64,000 bases of DNA from Xylographa opegraphella (Eukaryota). How positions within the stretch are numbered: the first letter of the stretch is position 1; each line of letters starts with the position of its first letter. Made by a program: the position numbers and the translations under genes. The stretch covers positions 310,001 to 374,000 of the forward strand of contig JALDZX010000014.1 in assembly GCA_022813865.1 (NCBI GenBank), read 5' to 3'. The notes under the pieces are model-generated. The model worked only from the letters and a program-made list of their open reading frames with translations. It had not been told where the DNA came from and did no database searches. Of the stretch, positions 24,089 through 37,532 are shown one piece after another.

Positions 24089-26339
24089 TCATGGCGTTTC
24101 CGCCCCATCGGCCGTCATGCCCATGAGCCCTCCTGCCAGTCCCTTCATTCTCCTCCCGAGCAAGTCATCTTCACTGGCCAAGCTGACCATACTCCTTTGC
24201 CTTTTGAAGTCGCCATCTCCCTTCCGTCCTCTCCCTCTGCCACGGGTCCCTCTCCTATACCCGCTTGCCTCCCCCACTCCATCTCTGCTGCCGGCACTCG
24301 ACCCTGTGCTGAGTCTCAGCGTACTCATCTCGAGCGGTTGGTCCTCGTCCGCAGAACTCTCGGTTGGGACCCGTCGATGATGTCGCTCCCTCTTTCGGTG
24401 CTCGAGATCTCCGTCGCTCTCTTTGTCGGCTTTTGCGAATAGCTCCTCCATCCACCTGGCACAGCGGAAGATGTGTTTCCAACCCTCGGGAAAGATGGAC
24501 ACAAATTGCACGAAGCCGTGCGAGATGCCGGGGATCAGAGCCACTTCCACGTGATCTTTTTCATTGAAGGTGTCCTTCTTGTTCAACAGACCCAGTTCCT
24601 TTTTCTGCACAAAGACATTATACTTCGCTTGACGTAGTCTTCCTGCAAAGATGACCGTATCATCAACCAATGGATCACGTTCGCCCGTGAGGAAACAGGT
24701 CTTTGGAAATTCCGCTAGAAGAGCTTCGGGGGCGAGAAGAGGAGAAAGGAGGAAGTCTGTAGAGAAATCTGGACGGTTGTGTGGTCCGACATAAAGAATG
24801 ATCATCGCACGCATCATCTCTGGTGTCAGGATACGATCGTTGAAGTAAGAAATCATCGAGGACATAGCAAGTCGGGTCTTGAGATGGCGGGGTTTGGACG
24901 AGACGACAGTTGCTTTCTGGTGAGCAATATTAGAAGGACTAGCGAGATGTCCCATTTCAATCACAGCTTCCTCTGTTATCGGAATATCTGGTGATGTCGG
25001 TGTAGTTGCTGTAATAGTTTCGCTATCTCCAGCAGATTCCAGAGGCGGCCTGGGAGACAAGAACTTGTCCTCTTCGTCATCGGATGGATGAGGTGTTTCA
25101 GGCGTCAGCTTATAGTAATCTTCACTCTTCCTCCGAAGTACGTTCTTGTTTGTCGATCTCGTCCGGCGGTCCTGAATCAATGACATTTGCTCGTCTGTCA
25201 TCCAATTCCCAATATTCATGTCCAGCCCTGGGTACATAAGAATTAACCCATCTGGTGTTGGCAGTGTCTCCTGACCGGGTCCTCTCCTAATACTAGCGGC
25301 TGCTGATTGCAAGACCATCAACACAACACCAGTCGCAAGGTTTCCGCCAGCACTATCTCCAGTGAGAATAATTTGAGGCCTTGTATCACCAGAAAGACCA
25401 ATACAACGCCCTCGAGTTGCAATCAGAGTATGATACACGTCGTAACATTCGTTCAAAGCATAAGGATAGGGATATTCGGGCGCTTTCCTATAATCAATAC
25501 TCAGAATTGGTAGACCGGTTCTGCCACACCAAGCAAGGAGCTTGTCATCGTTCGTTCTCGGGTTCATGGCTACAAACCCACCACCAGGAATGTCAAGAAC
25601 AATCTTCGTATGGTTACTAATGGTGGAGAACGGGGCATCGTAGTACAGCCAAGCAATTATGGGTTCCTTGTATGATGACTCCTGAGGTCGAGGTATCCGT
25701 ACCATTCGTGGAGGATACCGGGCAAGTTTTGGCCGCATCAACTTGGTGAAAAAGGACAGGTATGGCGTAGTCCCCTTGTTCCATGACACCCTAAGATGAT
25801 CGACTGTCAAGGTCCCTCTCACTTTCCTAACCTTCTCATCTGCTTGCTCTGCGGCAAAGAGATAGAACACTGAGAAGACCACAGAGGCCAAATCTCTCAG
25901 CCACTTCTTCCGAATCCGCATAGCTGTCCAGAAGCCAGCATCCAATGCCGTTGTGATCCATGTGGCCCGGAAATAGGAGCGATTATAGAGATTTGCAAGC
26001 GGTTCCGGACACTCCAGACCTACAATCTTGGCAAAGTTACGAGAAATGTATAACCATAGCAATGTAATAACAAGCGTCTGCCACACGGTCAACCTTTTGG
26101 AAAGTTGTCGGGATAAGTTTCGAAGGTACGGAGGGCCATTTTTGTTACCGCTAAAGACCGTCAGTGTTGGCTAGCAGAAGGAGATTTTGGCAAGCTCACC
26201 GAAGCAAGTATAGGGACCAAAACGAAACAACGGCAAAGACCTGAATCTTGCGAAACTGTACGGACGGGCGGCCAAGGACGTGATCTGTTTGCGTCAGCGC
26301 TATACAGATGCCGATGATGCGTATTGGCCAACCTATCAT
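24089..26339 (-). CDS. Hormone-sensitive-lipase-family alpha/beta hydrolase
   Basis: PGGGF oxyanion motif, DYRKAPEYPYP, GDSAGG nucleophile, DPLVDD, HGF; short first exons MI/DHVLGRPS. Confidence 0.9.
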
Positions 26340-26968
26340 TTCCACCGAGCAAGCTATGCGATTTCATAAAAATAAAACGTTATTGAGAGGGAAAGAAGCA
26401 GTCTTCCATCTGTGATTGGAAGGGGCAGAATTAATGACGAGAAAGGGAGACCGTAACTACGCGATAGAAGAAGTGAAGGGATCTCTAGAGCGCGCAATTG
26501 CAACGGTTCGCGCCGGACAAGTTTCGCACACAGTGACTGTGGATCCTGATACCTAGGGGCGGTTGAGTGAAGCTGACCCGAATTGCTTCACGTGGGAGTG
26601 TAGCTCTCCGCGGTCGCCGCCTGCATTGGAATCGAGGTGGCTTGAGATTCTATCAAATGCATCGAAGGATGACATGATTCATAACCTGTGGCAGAGCAGA
26701 CAAAGGATGCGCGTGATGTCGTTGAAATCGCATTTCTACACTATGGGAATGGGAAAGCGACTTCGAGGCATGTGAAAGCGGTTTGTTTCGGACTTCAGTA
26801 GTCGGCACAACGTGACCCCGCGTGTGCCATCCTCGGCAAAAGACATCCGATGTATTTGTCACCAGACAAGAATGTACGAAGTACGGAGTACTGTCAGGCA
26901 AAACACTCATCCACCATTTTGTAAGGTATATAGATATATATACATATGTGTCTGATATGTCTACTCAA

Positions 26969-29900
26969 CTAAGCAGCTACAGTAGTGCTTTTCACAGCCC
27001 CTAAATCTCTCGTCAAGAAATTCATCGAAATCGCAGGACCGGTATTAAGCGTATGACCGTCCATCAGTGCCCTCAGTCGTTTTCTACGAGCCTCGCCTCC
27101 TCTTTCTTCCCCTCGCGACGCTTTTTCGTCCACCCATACGATTTTTTCGATTTTGAAACTGAGACCGTCATGCTTGCCCCTCCACGGCCGCGACTTGATC
27201 CCATGTGCCACCATGCCCGCGTACGACTGGAGGGTGGGAAGGATCAACACCGTGATATGGAGGTCTCGATCCTTCGGAGGAAGCATGGGTACCGAGGGAG
27301 GCGAGGATAATGCTAGCGGAGGCTCGCTCGGCTCCTTGCTGTCCTTGACTGAAGCCGCGACGGACTCATTTTCGAGCATCGACAGATCAACGTCGTCCCC
27401 CCACTCGCCACGTATCCAACCCCCATGCATGGCAGCCGCTAAAGGGTCAGAATCATCGGTGTATATCTCACTCCCCCACACGGCTCTTCTGAAACAAATC
27501 TCCTCTCGTTCCTCCTTTCGTAAAAACAGCCTCGGCACCCGAATGGTGAAGGTGCAGTTCTCCTTGCCCTCAAACCGTGGCAGAGGTAGGGGTGTGCTCA
27601 CATATCCAAACTTGTTCTCCTCATGTGAGGTCGCCAATGAAGGTACACTTAGCACTGGTGCATAAAGGGTAGACCCTAAATGGTGTCGCGGTAGATCCGA
27701 CACGCTGTCCAGTACAGCCTTACTAATGATAGTTATCGTCGGTCTCCGGGGCGGTAGGGTTGGCACGGGGTTCACTTTCGCTCCGGCATGATGATGATGG
27801 TGGTGGTGATGATGGTGATGGTGATGATGATGAGGAGTTGTCGCCGAAGTCATACCCAATGCCTGGTTGGGGGTGAAAGTACGTTTCGCTGTTCCCAGCA
27901 CAGAGAATGGCGTGGCATTTGCCGGATTATCAATGTGGTGATGGTGACTGTGATACGGTAAGCATTTTCTTAGCAGACATGGGACGAAAGAACAGTACTG
28001 GTTGTTTTGCAGGTTCTGGAGATTATAGCTCTGTCGAACCCTTTTCGGTCCGCGAGCACTGAATGAGCGCACAATCTCCAGTTCGTCACCATTCTCCGTC
28101 TCCTTTTTAGATTCATCATCTTTGACCTTACGATTCCTTCGGCCTCCTCGGGACGATATTCGGGGCTTTACATGATCGGGAGCTTCACGACGGCCATTCA
28201 ATGGCGTGCGCCTCTCAGAGTCATCAATCCTGGTAGGGCTGGATGGAAATGAAAGCGAAGCACCAGGCTCAGTAGGAACTGGGGTAGACATGGCACTACC
28301 AACTCCACTTCCTATCCCAGAAAACATCCTTGCAAACTCATTCTTGATTCCAGGCTCACTTGCTGGCCCTCGCATTCGACCTTGAGCTCCCTGGACAGCC
28401 TGCGGTAGCGGAGATATTCGCCCTCCGCGCTTAGCATTATCCACCAGGAGACCGGATAAAGTCCTTGGCTGTAGAGCCGCTTCCTCAAGATTCCCGAGTT
28501 GCTGCTCGAACCTGTCCGGTGTCGGCATGAACTGATGTCTACGGAACTGTGTCGACGGCACGGGAGATTGTCGGATAGGTTGCTCTTCTATAATCCCATT
28601 TGACTCCGGACGTTGCCTCCGGAATTGTTGCGGATATTCTGAAACCACATACTGAGACTCGCGAATCGTTTGCGACTTACCAAACTGCCGTGCTTGTGCG
28701 CCGATATCAAGCGCAGCCCGGGATGCCGGCTCAAGGTTTTGCTCTTGGTGAGCAATCTGACCATTTCGAGGAGGTTGTTCTTGCGCTGCTGCGGGGTGAC
28801 TCAATCTAGACAGGAAGGGATAGTTCATTGCTGGGGCGGGGTCATGAGCTTGCTCAGACCTCAAGCTTTGGGCTGCCTTACTTTGTGCTTGATGGATGGA
28901 TCGGTTGTTGAGTCCGTGTCGAGATACCTTACCTAGGGAGTCGCGCTGACGTGAGTACGTAGTCTGCCCTCGCCCAGCAGATAGGATACTGTCCTCCGAG
29001 TTCTTAGAGGCTAGCTGATGGACTTCGGCACTATCAGGTGAGATAGGAGCCCGTTCAAGGTCGCCTTGATTTTCACTGGGCGGGGACTGAAAACCACTGT
29101 ACTGCTTTATTCCGTCGTACTCCGGTCTACTAACACTTGAGCGACGTGTCTCAGGACTCCTCGCCTCTATACCAAAAAGTCCATCCACTTTGCTTAGCTG
29201 ATGCGAACTGGTCTGATTCGGATGCGGCAGGTCCTGCGGTCCGGCACGTCCAATGTCTGGGGAACGTACTGCAAACCCGGCAAAGGGACGTGGCGGTGGA
29301 CCCCCTGAATAAGCTCGAGACCTTGACTGGTTTCCTTGCCACGAGTTGTAAGAGTCTGGAGTGTGAGCTCGCTTTGCGGGACGAGTACTCTGATATGCAG
29401 GGTGAGGAGGTGATGGACCACGTATGATGTGGTTGACTGGGGATGGTATCGAATGAAGAGGCTGCGTCAAAAACCCATTGTTTCTTCCCGAGAGTGAGGC
29501 GTCACGGGTCGCCTTCTCATTGTCGCCCCCCAGCATGGATGATATTGACATACTGCTCATACTGCTCCCTGGGCGGTGTGCCGCTGGGAGCGCTGGGAGA
29601 TCACGTGCGAAAGGAAAGCTGGACGGTGGGCCACGGGGCGCTTGGGACTGATTGATGTACTGAGCTGATACATGTTGCGGCGACGTTGGGGGCAACATTT
29701 GGCGACCGCTGAAAGGTGGAGGTGGTGGAGGTGAGCGGTCTATATTTCGTGAAGAGGACAGTTAGCAATCTGCGAATCATCGAGAACTACAGTTCATGGC
29801 AGGGAGATAAGCCTATTGGGGGCTTGGTACAGTTCTTCCATCGAGGCAGTGGGATGTTGAAGGTCAATCAACGGTTACTTCGACTCTTCGCTATGGGATG

Positions 29901-30735
29901 ACCTACTTCCATACATATTGGAGTGATTCATGCTGTTCGAGTGGGGTCTTCTTGCACCCTCAGCGACATGTTGATCGTTGGTGGTTAGTTGATGGAAAGA
30001 GGATGATGGCGGAGGTACTGGTTGGATGCGATTCACATCATCGTGCTGTGGCACTGAAGCGTGTCAGCCGAACCATTCGCACCCCCAAGCTCTAGACCGC
30101 GCTAGCAGGGATAGAAAGTGGGCTAGTGTTATGCACCGCTCACGCGAAAGAGGCACAAAGACAGCTCTGTCGTGTCCTCGAGTTCGGAGATCGACTCTGA
30201 AGTTCCCGACGGATGTCGAGAGCATCACGCGAATATAGGCCAAGGGTTTGAGCGAGGGTTTCGGAAGAAACTTGACATCGTCTCAAAGCTCGATGATCCA
30301 CCCTCTCATGCCGTCGTCTTGGCGGGAGCAAACAGAGGAGAAAAGGGCTTCCCAGAAGTATAGAAGAGAGTCAAACATACCCTCTCCATTCCTCACTCGT
30401 TGTTCTTCCCGCCGTAGCTGGTCATACAGAGTGCCTGCCCCGTAACTGCCTCGCCTCAGTCTTGCCTCATTTGCGTTGTGGTTGGGAGGGGTCGCAAATG
30501 GATTCGGAGCGTATGGGGGCGGAGGGAGGCCGTAAGAAGTCGCGAGTTCTTGCTTGGTCGGAGATGCGACGTTGCTGTCGAACTGCGGGCGCCGAGGGAA
30601 GAAGGGATCATTATGAGGCACAAGATCGGGGCGTTGCGAGGAGTAGGGTGGAGGAGGGATAGGGTGAAATCGAGTTTCATCGAGGGCAGTACGAGACTGT
30701 GGCTGCTGTCTGGGATAAGGAGGTCGAGAGTCCAT
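26969..30735 (-). CDS. RXT3: Rpd3L histone deacetylase complex subunit Rxt3-domain protein
   Basis: VWGSEIYTDDSDPLAAAMHGGW...LHITVLILPTLQSY...GIKSRPW..HDGLSF; exon 1 (MDSRPPY, 30735-30381) spliced in frame across intron 29740-30380; 51-nt intron 27948-27998. Confidence 0.85.
27788..27832 (-). repeat. CAY trinucleotide repeat encoding His15 in RXT3
   Basis: 15 consecutive His codons. Confidence 0.9.
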
Positions 30736-32084
30736 GGTGCCGTGTCGAGCGGTGGAGGGACTCGAGCGCGTGATCGACTTGGAGGTGGTTATGATCGCCA
30801 AAGCGACTGCGACACCATGGTGGTATATTGAAGAGGCAGTATCGGTGACGAGATCGTGTCTCTACGGAAGGATGGTAGCAACATCAGGGTAGAAGAACGG
30901 CAGTCGCAGCGGTGTTCGAAGAAGGTGGAGAAGGTAGAGAAGGTGAGAGCGGAAACACGAGGAAGGCCGGTCAAGAGAATTAGGGTAAGGTAGGTAGGTA
31001 GGCAAGCGGTTGCACTAGCTACGTGTGTACTGACGGGATTTCGAATTGGCCGGCTTTCATCCAATGCTGCTTTTGAAAGTCACTTTCTCTCTGTGCTCTC
31101 AAGAGCCGAGCTCCAGCAGGCAGATTTTCGCGGGATGCCGCGCTGTGGAAAGTAAGAACAGCGAGCGGCTAGGGGGGGGTTTTGGCGGATCGACACAGGG
31201 GCCGACCCCCGCAAATACCTAATCTGTAAGGGAAGCGACGGGAATGCAGGCCGCTAAACGGAAAGCTGCCAGCTGATGACGCCCTCATGCGTGCCGGCCT
31301 GTCTCTGCGTCACATGCGACGACCTTCACCCTTGCCTCATTCGGACTGCGGCTTTGCATTTTCGAACATCAAGATAGAATCGAGCTGGTCATAGAGTCCA
31401 CTCTGTACATTGATTCTTCTGAAATATGGAGAATATGATCTCGTACTGTCACGCGATCCGAATAACTTCCTGACTCTAAGCAATTTGGGTTTCATCACTT
31501 TTTGCGACGGCAAATATTCTTCTTTATGATGAAGAACCATTAGGCTACAGGCGAATCAAGCTCTGCGACCCACACTTCTTGAACACGCACACCTTAAATC
31601 CCCAGACAGACTTTATCTCACCACCAGATTACCGTGGTTGAGCTCTACGGGACAATGCCCGAGGCTCAACTTCTCTCTTGACAAACCCTAATACCACCTT
31701 AGTGCTAGCCGAAGCGGGAATACTTTCTCCCGATATGACGTCATAGCCACCACCTTACTCCTCCCAAAGTTGACAGCTCAAAATAGCGCTCACAGGACAA
31801 CCTACCGTCAATACAAATTACAGCCTCCCATTCACAGACGTGACAGCACGCTTTTGCAAACAAAAATGGCCGCCACTCCTTCCGCAAGGACACTGGCCAC
31901 CTCCTGGACCCCTAGAGTCCTGACAGGCCTACTTCCTTGATTCCTTGGCGCCATTTTCCTCGCGCTCCATCATGCATTATTCACATCTGCTTCCGCCCTC
32001 CCTTCAACCTTCTCACCTCACAAAATAACGTCTCTCTCTTCCCACTCACTCAACCCCATCTCCTGACGCAGCGCCCAGCCCACC

Positions 32085-32476
32085 ATGACGTCCATTACGC
32101 GCCTCACGCCCGTCTACCTCCAGCCGGCACCGCAGCAGGGCATGAGCATGAGCATGAACATGAGCCAACCGACGGTACCTCCCCCTTTTCCTTATCACCT
32201 ACTCGCACACACTCTGCTAACCAGATCAACTCCGACATAAGCAGACCAACCCCTGCTCCACCATCATGGCCACCACCCCGTCCTCCACGACAGAGGAGCA
32301 GCCAAGGCTCGGCCTACGCGGTGGAGGCATCGTTGGCGATTGGTCTGTCGTCCCACGTGGGCTCTCGAGTGCGGAGTGAGATGTTTGGGACGGTCTGCTG
32401 ACGCGTGCGACGGTGTAGCATGGAGGCCATCTGCTGCTTCGAGATGTGCAAGGGCTTGTGTGATTGTTGCTGCTAG
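32085..32476 (+). CDS. Small (~82 aa) LRGG-motif, Cys-rich-tail protein (CYSTM-like), 3 exons
   Basis: Exons 32085-32174, 32242(or 32245)-32342, 32419-32476; introns with GT, GCTAAC/GCTGAC branch sites and AG; spliced product ends EEQPRLGLRGGGIVGDCMEAICCFEMCKGLCDCCC*. Confidence 0.75.
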
Positions 32477-32945
32477 GGGCCGCTAGAATAGCGAGTCGGT
32501 GAGCAAGTAGGGGCTTGGGATGGGGATAGAGACCACGATAAGAGCGGGTGAGCGTGGGTACGAAGAGAGCGGTTAGTGGCACACGCTGAGCGGAGACAAT
32601 CGAGCGAGCGAGCGAGCGGAGATGTGGGCTTGCAAATCAAGATAGAGTAGACTAGGAAATAGGGAAACAGCGGCAGCTTTGTGGTCACGTGTGCGCGGAC
32701 GTGGTGATATGCCATAAGCAATTTCTGTCGTGCATGCATGCATGAAACACTCGTCCTCTATCGTACATCCACGCTCCCTCGCAACACCTTCAAAGACCGC
32801 ATACTCATCCCTCAGCTCTCCATTTCAACAGGCTGCCACAATCGGCTCTCCCGCATCATAAATCGAAACCCCTTCTGCAACCCACATCTTCCATCTCCCA
32901 GATCCAGACTCCCACCTCTCCAGATACCCAATTCTCGCATTCGCG

Positions 32946-34229
32946 TCACAACATGGCATCGGCTTCGGTACCGGGCTGCGCGACCCAGGTCAGAGCCACG
33001 ACCCGGTAGTGTAACGCCATCATGTCCTCCGTCTCTCGATCGGCCAAGACCTTGATCTCGGCGTTGGTGAGGCCCGTTTGGACGAATTTGTATATCCGAA
33101 CAAGCTTCAGCGGTCGGAAAGTTCGAATCTTCTGCACCTCCGCGATGATCCGGCGTGCCGAATTGGCAGTCATCGGCTTGCTGACACGAGGGTCCGGTAG
33201 ATCACCTAGCCTGATGGTGGTTGGCCTGGCGCTCTCAAGGTTGCTCGTCCCTGGCGCGGTTCGAGCCGAGCTGCCTAGCTCATGTGTATCTGGGGACGCG
33301 GGACCTATATCGAGGGAGTTTTCCTGCTTGTCGAGGAAGTCCTCTGCCATTTCGACAATCCGCGGCTTGAGCTTGGGCGTCTGGTAGGGTTCCGGGAAGA
33401 GTGCACAATCTGTGGATTGAATGCTTCCTTGAGGCCTTCCGCGAAAGCGATTAAGGCCCATCCAGGTAGAGCGTACTGTTCTGGACTCATCGAGAACAAG
33501 TGTATTTCCGTTACCAAGCGGGAAGCGCCATCCCGCTGCACGCGCGACGATCTCTTCGAGCTCAGCTTCTTTGGCCTCTACGGTTTCTAGTTCGAGGACG
33601 AACTGCTCGACGCCATGGAGATTCCGGAATACGTTACCCCACGATTCAACGGCGAACGGTTCATTTTCTCTGCGGAACGGTTTCCTCGCCTGGCCTGACT
33701 GTTTAGGATCCAAGTGCAATTCAGATCCGTCTTCCCAGTCCCACCAGTCAGTATGCCTGATCGTGAAATGAATGGCACGATAGTTAGAACCAGTTCCCGT
33801 GGCCCGCAGTCTCCAATAGCGCTCGAGCCAATTCTGCTGCGCGAAATAGTGAACCTTGGAGATAGCAATTTGCTCTACCGTGTTGGGTCGGGTGAGATTT
33901 TTACACGTTTCGTAATGTGGTGGACCTCGACCAGCATCATGCCACGAGAGGATCTCGTTGAGCTTGACCGGGAGGAGAGAACATTCCGAGTACACCAGTC
34001 TGCAGGTGAGAAGAAGGTCGATCTTAACACGATGCGAGTAGTGATAGCCTGGTCGGTCGTAGTAAGTACCTTTAGCATATGGTATCCCAGGGACAGCCGT
34101 CAAGGCGAACTCGAATATGAGGTGTCGTATCTCAGGAGGGATTTTCTTGAACAGGGGACAATCATTTTGAGGAGTGATGTCCTCAGCCGGCATCTGAGAG
34201 GCAAGTGTGTGAGTTCTATCGAAGGCCAT
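32946..34229 (-). CDS. Hypothetical protein with N-terminal F-box-like motif, 427 aa
   Basis: CPLFKKIPPEIRHLIFEFAL, LLLTCRLVYSE, TIRHTDWWDWE; TATATAAAG ~125 bp upstream. Confidence 0.75.
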   Translation of the reverse strand: MAFDRTHTLASQMPAEDITPQNDCPLFKKIPPEIRHLIFEFALTAVPGIPYAKGTYYDRPGYHYSHRVKIDLLLTCRLVYSECSLLPVKLNEILSWHDAGRGPPHYETCKNLTRPNTVEQIAISKVHYFAQQNWLERYWRLRATGTGSNYRAIHFTIRHTDWWDWEDGSELHLDPKQSGQARKPFRRENEPFAVESWGNVFRNLHGVEQFVLELETVEAKEAELEEIVARAAGWRFPLGNGNTLVLDESRTVRSTWMGLNRFRGRPQGSIQSTDCALFPEPYQTPKLKPRIVEMAEDFLDKQENSLDIGPASPDTHELGSSARTAPGTSNLESARPTTIRLGDLPDPRVSKPMTANSARRIIAEVQKIRTFRPLKLVRIYKFVQTGLTNAEIKVLADRETEDMMALHYRVVALTWVAQPGTEADAML

Positions 34230-35086
34230 GTTGTGGAGACCAAGCAGGGTGGTTGGAGGTGACCTGTTCCTGAGCTTAGATGTATGAAGCTATCAGTTAT
34301 CGTTAACTGCTCCAGGCACAAAATGACATTGAAGAGTAGGAAAGAGCACGGCCACTTTATATATGAGAGATCGCCGACATGAAGGATCTCTTTGGTCAGA
34401 GAATGGTGAATAAACACAGTAGCACAAAGCGAGGCATCACAGCCAGCTCTTGAAGGTGCCATTATAACCAACATAACCGTGCTTTCAACAATGCCAATCT
34501 CCTTCTGATGTCCAGCAGTCGGCATAACAGCACGTCACAGTCATAATTCGTTCTGATGATCCAGCCTTGAGGCAAGTCTCTAGAGTGTATCTCATTGAAA
34601 AACATCAAGAAGCATGTCAAAAAAAAAGGTAGCAAAAAGATGTCTAGACTATGTCCACAATAGCGATTAGCCGAAATTCCTGGGTGTGAGAATATCCATC
34701 ACATGACCTTCCAAGACGCACAACAGATGAAGTAAAGTAATTGTTCGTGTTACAGAGAATGATGACGCTCCAAATACAGGAGATACGTCTCACCATCTGA
34801 CATTCACTTCCCACAGCCCCCAGGTTACTGGATGTAGGGATCATCATGCTGCTCCGGCCGACCAGTCACACGCAATGGCACGACACCGTCTAGCATGGCC
34901 CTTGGCTAGGATAGGTCACCTACCATCTCCATGAATGCCGTGCTGCTGCTGCTATCGGCTCTCACGAAAGGTAGACCTGCACCATCACCGAGCATTTCGA
35001 CCTTTCTTCCCCCTTTCGCTTCAGCGCAACACTCGCGCACAAGCTTCTCATCCCCACCAGCATCCCAAGTCCGTCCACCCGCAACC

Positions 35087-35470
35087 ATGACGACCTCCGA
35101 CCCCACCCAACGCACCGCCGAGGCGCGGGCCGCTTTCCTCGCCTCCCTCCACAGCGTCGGCGCGCAAGGCGACGCCGAGCTGCAAGCTCGCGCCCAGGAC
35201 ATTCACACCAGCGCCGCCGCGCTCGCCCGGCAGGAAGCCGGCGTCGCGAAGCAGACCGACGCCCTGGCGCAGCAGACGGCCCAGTACCAGCAGATGGCGG
35301 ACGAGAGCCGCGGCAAGCTGAAGGAGATCGGCGACGTGCAGAACTGGGCGGAGATGATTGAGCGGGACTTGCTCGTGCTGGAGGAGACGATGCGGATTGT
35401 GGACGATGAGGCGGCGCAGGGGACGGGGGGAAATGGGAAGGTGGAGGGGAGGAGACGGAGATGGTTATGA
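35087..35470 (+). CDS. BLOC-1 subunit 1 (BLOS1/GCN5L1 family)
   Basis: LKEIGDVQNWAEMIERDLLVLEETMRIV signature; coiled coil; ATG at 35087. Confidence 0.9.
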   Translation: MTTSDPTQRTAEARAAFLASLHSVGAQGDAELQARAQDIHTSAAALARQEAGVAKQTDALAQQTAQYQQMADESRGKLKEIGDVQNWAEMIERDLLVLEETMRIVDDEAAQGTGGNGKVEGRRRRWL

Positions 35471-35915
35471 GGCTTGCAGAAAGAGGAGGAGGTGTGATGA
35501 TTGGAGTTTTTCTGGTGGTCCTTCTGTCAGGTCATCATCGGCTTGGTGGCTAACATGACGAACTGCGATTCTAGTACCTCTGGAGCATACCTGGTTGTAC
35601 AGCGTCACTCGACGGTTTTGCAGACAGCTTGCTCTATACCACTGTCGATCGGCGCGGCAGTCTCAATACCACAACATCGTTGCTGAGATTGGTAACGACT
35701 TCTTTTCCAGTATATATAAATTAAATAATTCAGCAATTTCAAATCTTCCATCTACGGTGATATATGATGTCCTGCAAGGAATCAATGTAACACACTACGT
35801 CCACTCATCCCAAGCCAGCACATCTACCCAATCTACTTATACTTTACTATAACTCCAAAGACATACGAATGAGCTGGAAAATCCAAACTCGAAGCCGTCA
35901 ACAGCCACCACTCAC

Positions 35916-37532
35916 CTACTCGACCCGATGAAACTGCAGAATCAGCTTATCGCCCACCGGTCTCGCCGTATACGTATCCATCTGCTCGATCCCCTCATCG
36001 TCAACAATGGTAGTAGTATAGTTGGTATAAATCGCCGCGATCATTAGTTTCAGCACTGGGACCCGTCAGTCATGCCTCAGCACCCCTTTCGCATCAACTA
36101 CAATTTGGAACTCCACAAGGAACTCCGCAGTCAACTTACCTTGCGTCGCGAAATTTCTCCCCAAGCACATCCGGCCCCCACTCGAAAAGGCCCAGAACCA
36201 TCGCCTCATCTCTTCCGTGCCACCGAACCCTTTCTCGTCCCCGTCCATCCACCTCTCCGGCTTGAACGCCATTGGCTCCGGGTACACCTCTTCGTTCTGG
36301 TGTAGGCAGCGGGCCGATGTGCTTATCCGCACGCCACCTGGGATCGCGTAACCGTCGATCGTGGTACCGCCCGGGGGAGTGATGCGTGGCTGTGGTCCTG
36401 GAGTGGCGGTGTACAGGCGGAGGGATTCGTAGAATATCCCGTTGAGTAGGGGAAGGACGTCGATGGAGCGCGGATCTGGTAAGGCTGGGGTCGAAGACGA
36501 ATCCGCATCCTCCGTTTTGTTGGCATGGTATTTGAGAGGGGGTGAGAGCGTAAGAAGCTCGGTGCGTAGCGAAGATTGGAGACCTGGGTTCTTGGAAAGT
36601 TCGTAAAAGATGTACGTAAGGCTGATACTGCCAGTGTCATGGCCGGCGACCAAGTGGTCGAAAAGCTCGGAGGCGATGACAAGTTGTTTGCGGTGCGGGT
36701 TGATGTACTCGGAGGATTTATGAGCGAGCTGAGACGAGAATTGAGAATAAACGACAGGTTTTGTGGGGAAGCTGGACGATGCCGGCTTGATAGTCAATTG
36801 CTGCGCGAGGTCGTCCGCGGCCTTACACCTTGCGAGACAAATTGACTGAAGTTCCTCATGTGCTATTGCTCTACCTGGAAGACGGCGCTCTTTCTTGCGC
36901 CAGAGCTTGAAGTAGTGCTCACGGGAAGGGATATCCGAGATATAATTTGTAGAGTTTGTGATGCCAAAAATGTACGCAGACATGAAATCCATGCCTGCCG
37001 CTCCGGCTAGATCATAGACATTGACAGCAGACTTGTTGTCAGCCGCTGATTGTAGTAAAGGTAGAAGCCTTTCATTCAATATCATCTCGGACAACGTCTG
37101 CAAATCTGGGGAGTTTTGGACGTAGGATTTAGAGTACACATTAGTTATCATGCGTTTCTGGGACGAGTGTGGCTTATAGTCCATCATGCTGACTAGATTC
37201 GGTGTGTTGTAGTTTCTGAACTCGCCGATATACCAAGGATCCTTATTAAAGCCACCCATGTATATTTGTCGGAGACCATCAAGAGAAGCCACACTAACCT
37301 CGTTCGGACCAAGTCGAACAACTGACCCACGTTCACGATGTGCAGCGAAGATGGAGCGATTCTCAAATCCAGTCCGACGCTTCCACCATATCCAGAAGGG
37401 GAGAAACGAGGTCGAATGAGCATTCGGGATCTTTGACAGCGGGGAGATGAAGGCCGGGAGGATAAGATAGTGATAGATGGAAAACAGAAGTACGGCTATG
37501 AATACACTTGTGATCAGAACTAAGAGATACAT
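35916..37532 (-). CDS. Cytochrome P450 monooxygenase
   Basis: N-terminal TM; AGHDT, ESLR, PERW, FSSGGRMCLG heme motif; final intron 36056-36139. Confidence 0.93.

Noticed and set aside
29958..30045. Possible intronic C/D snoRNA in the RXT3 long intron
   Set aside because: Box C imperfect (ATGATGT), no terminal stem or recognisable rRNA guide.
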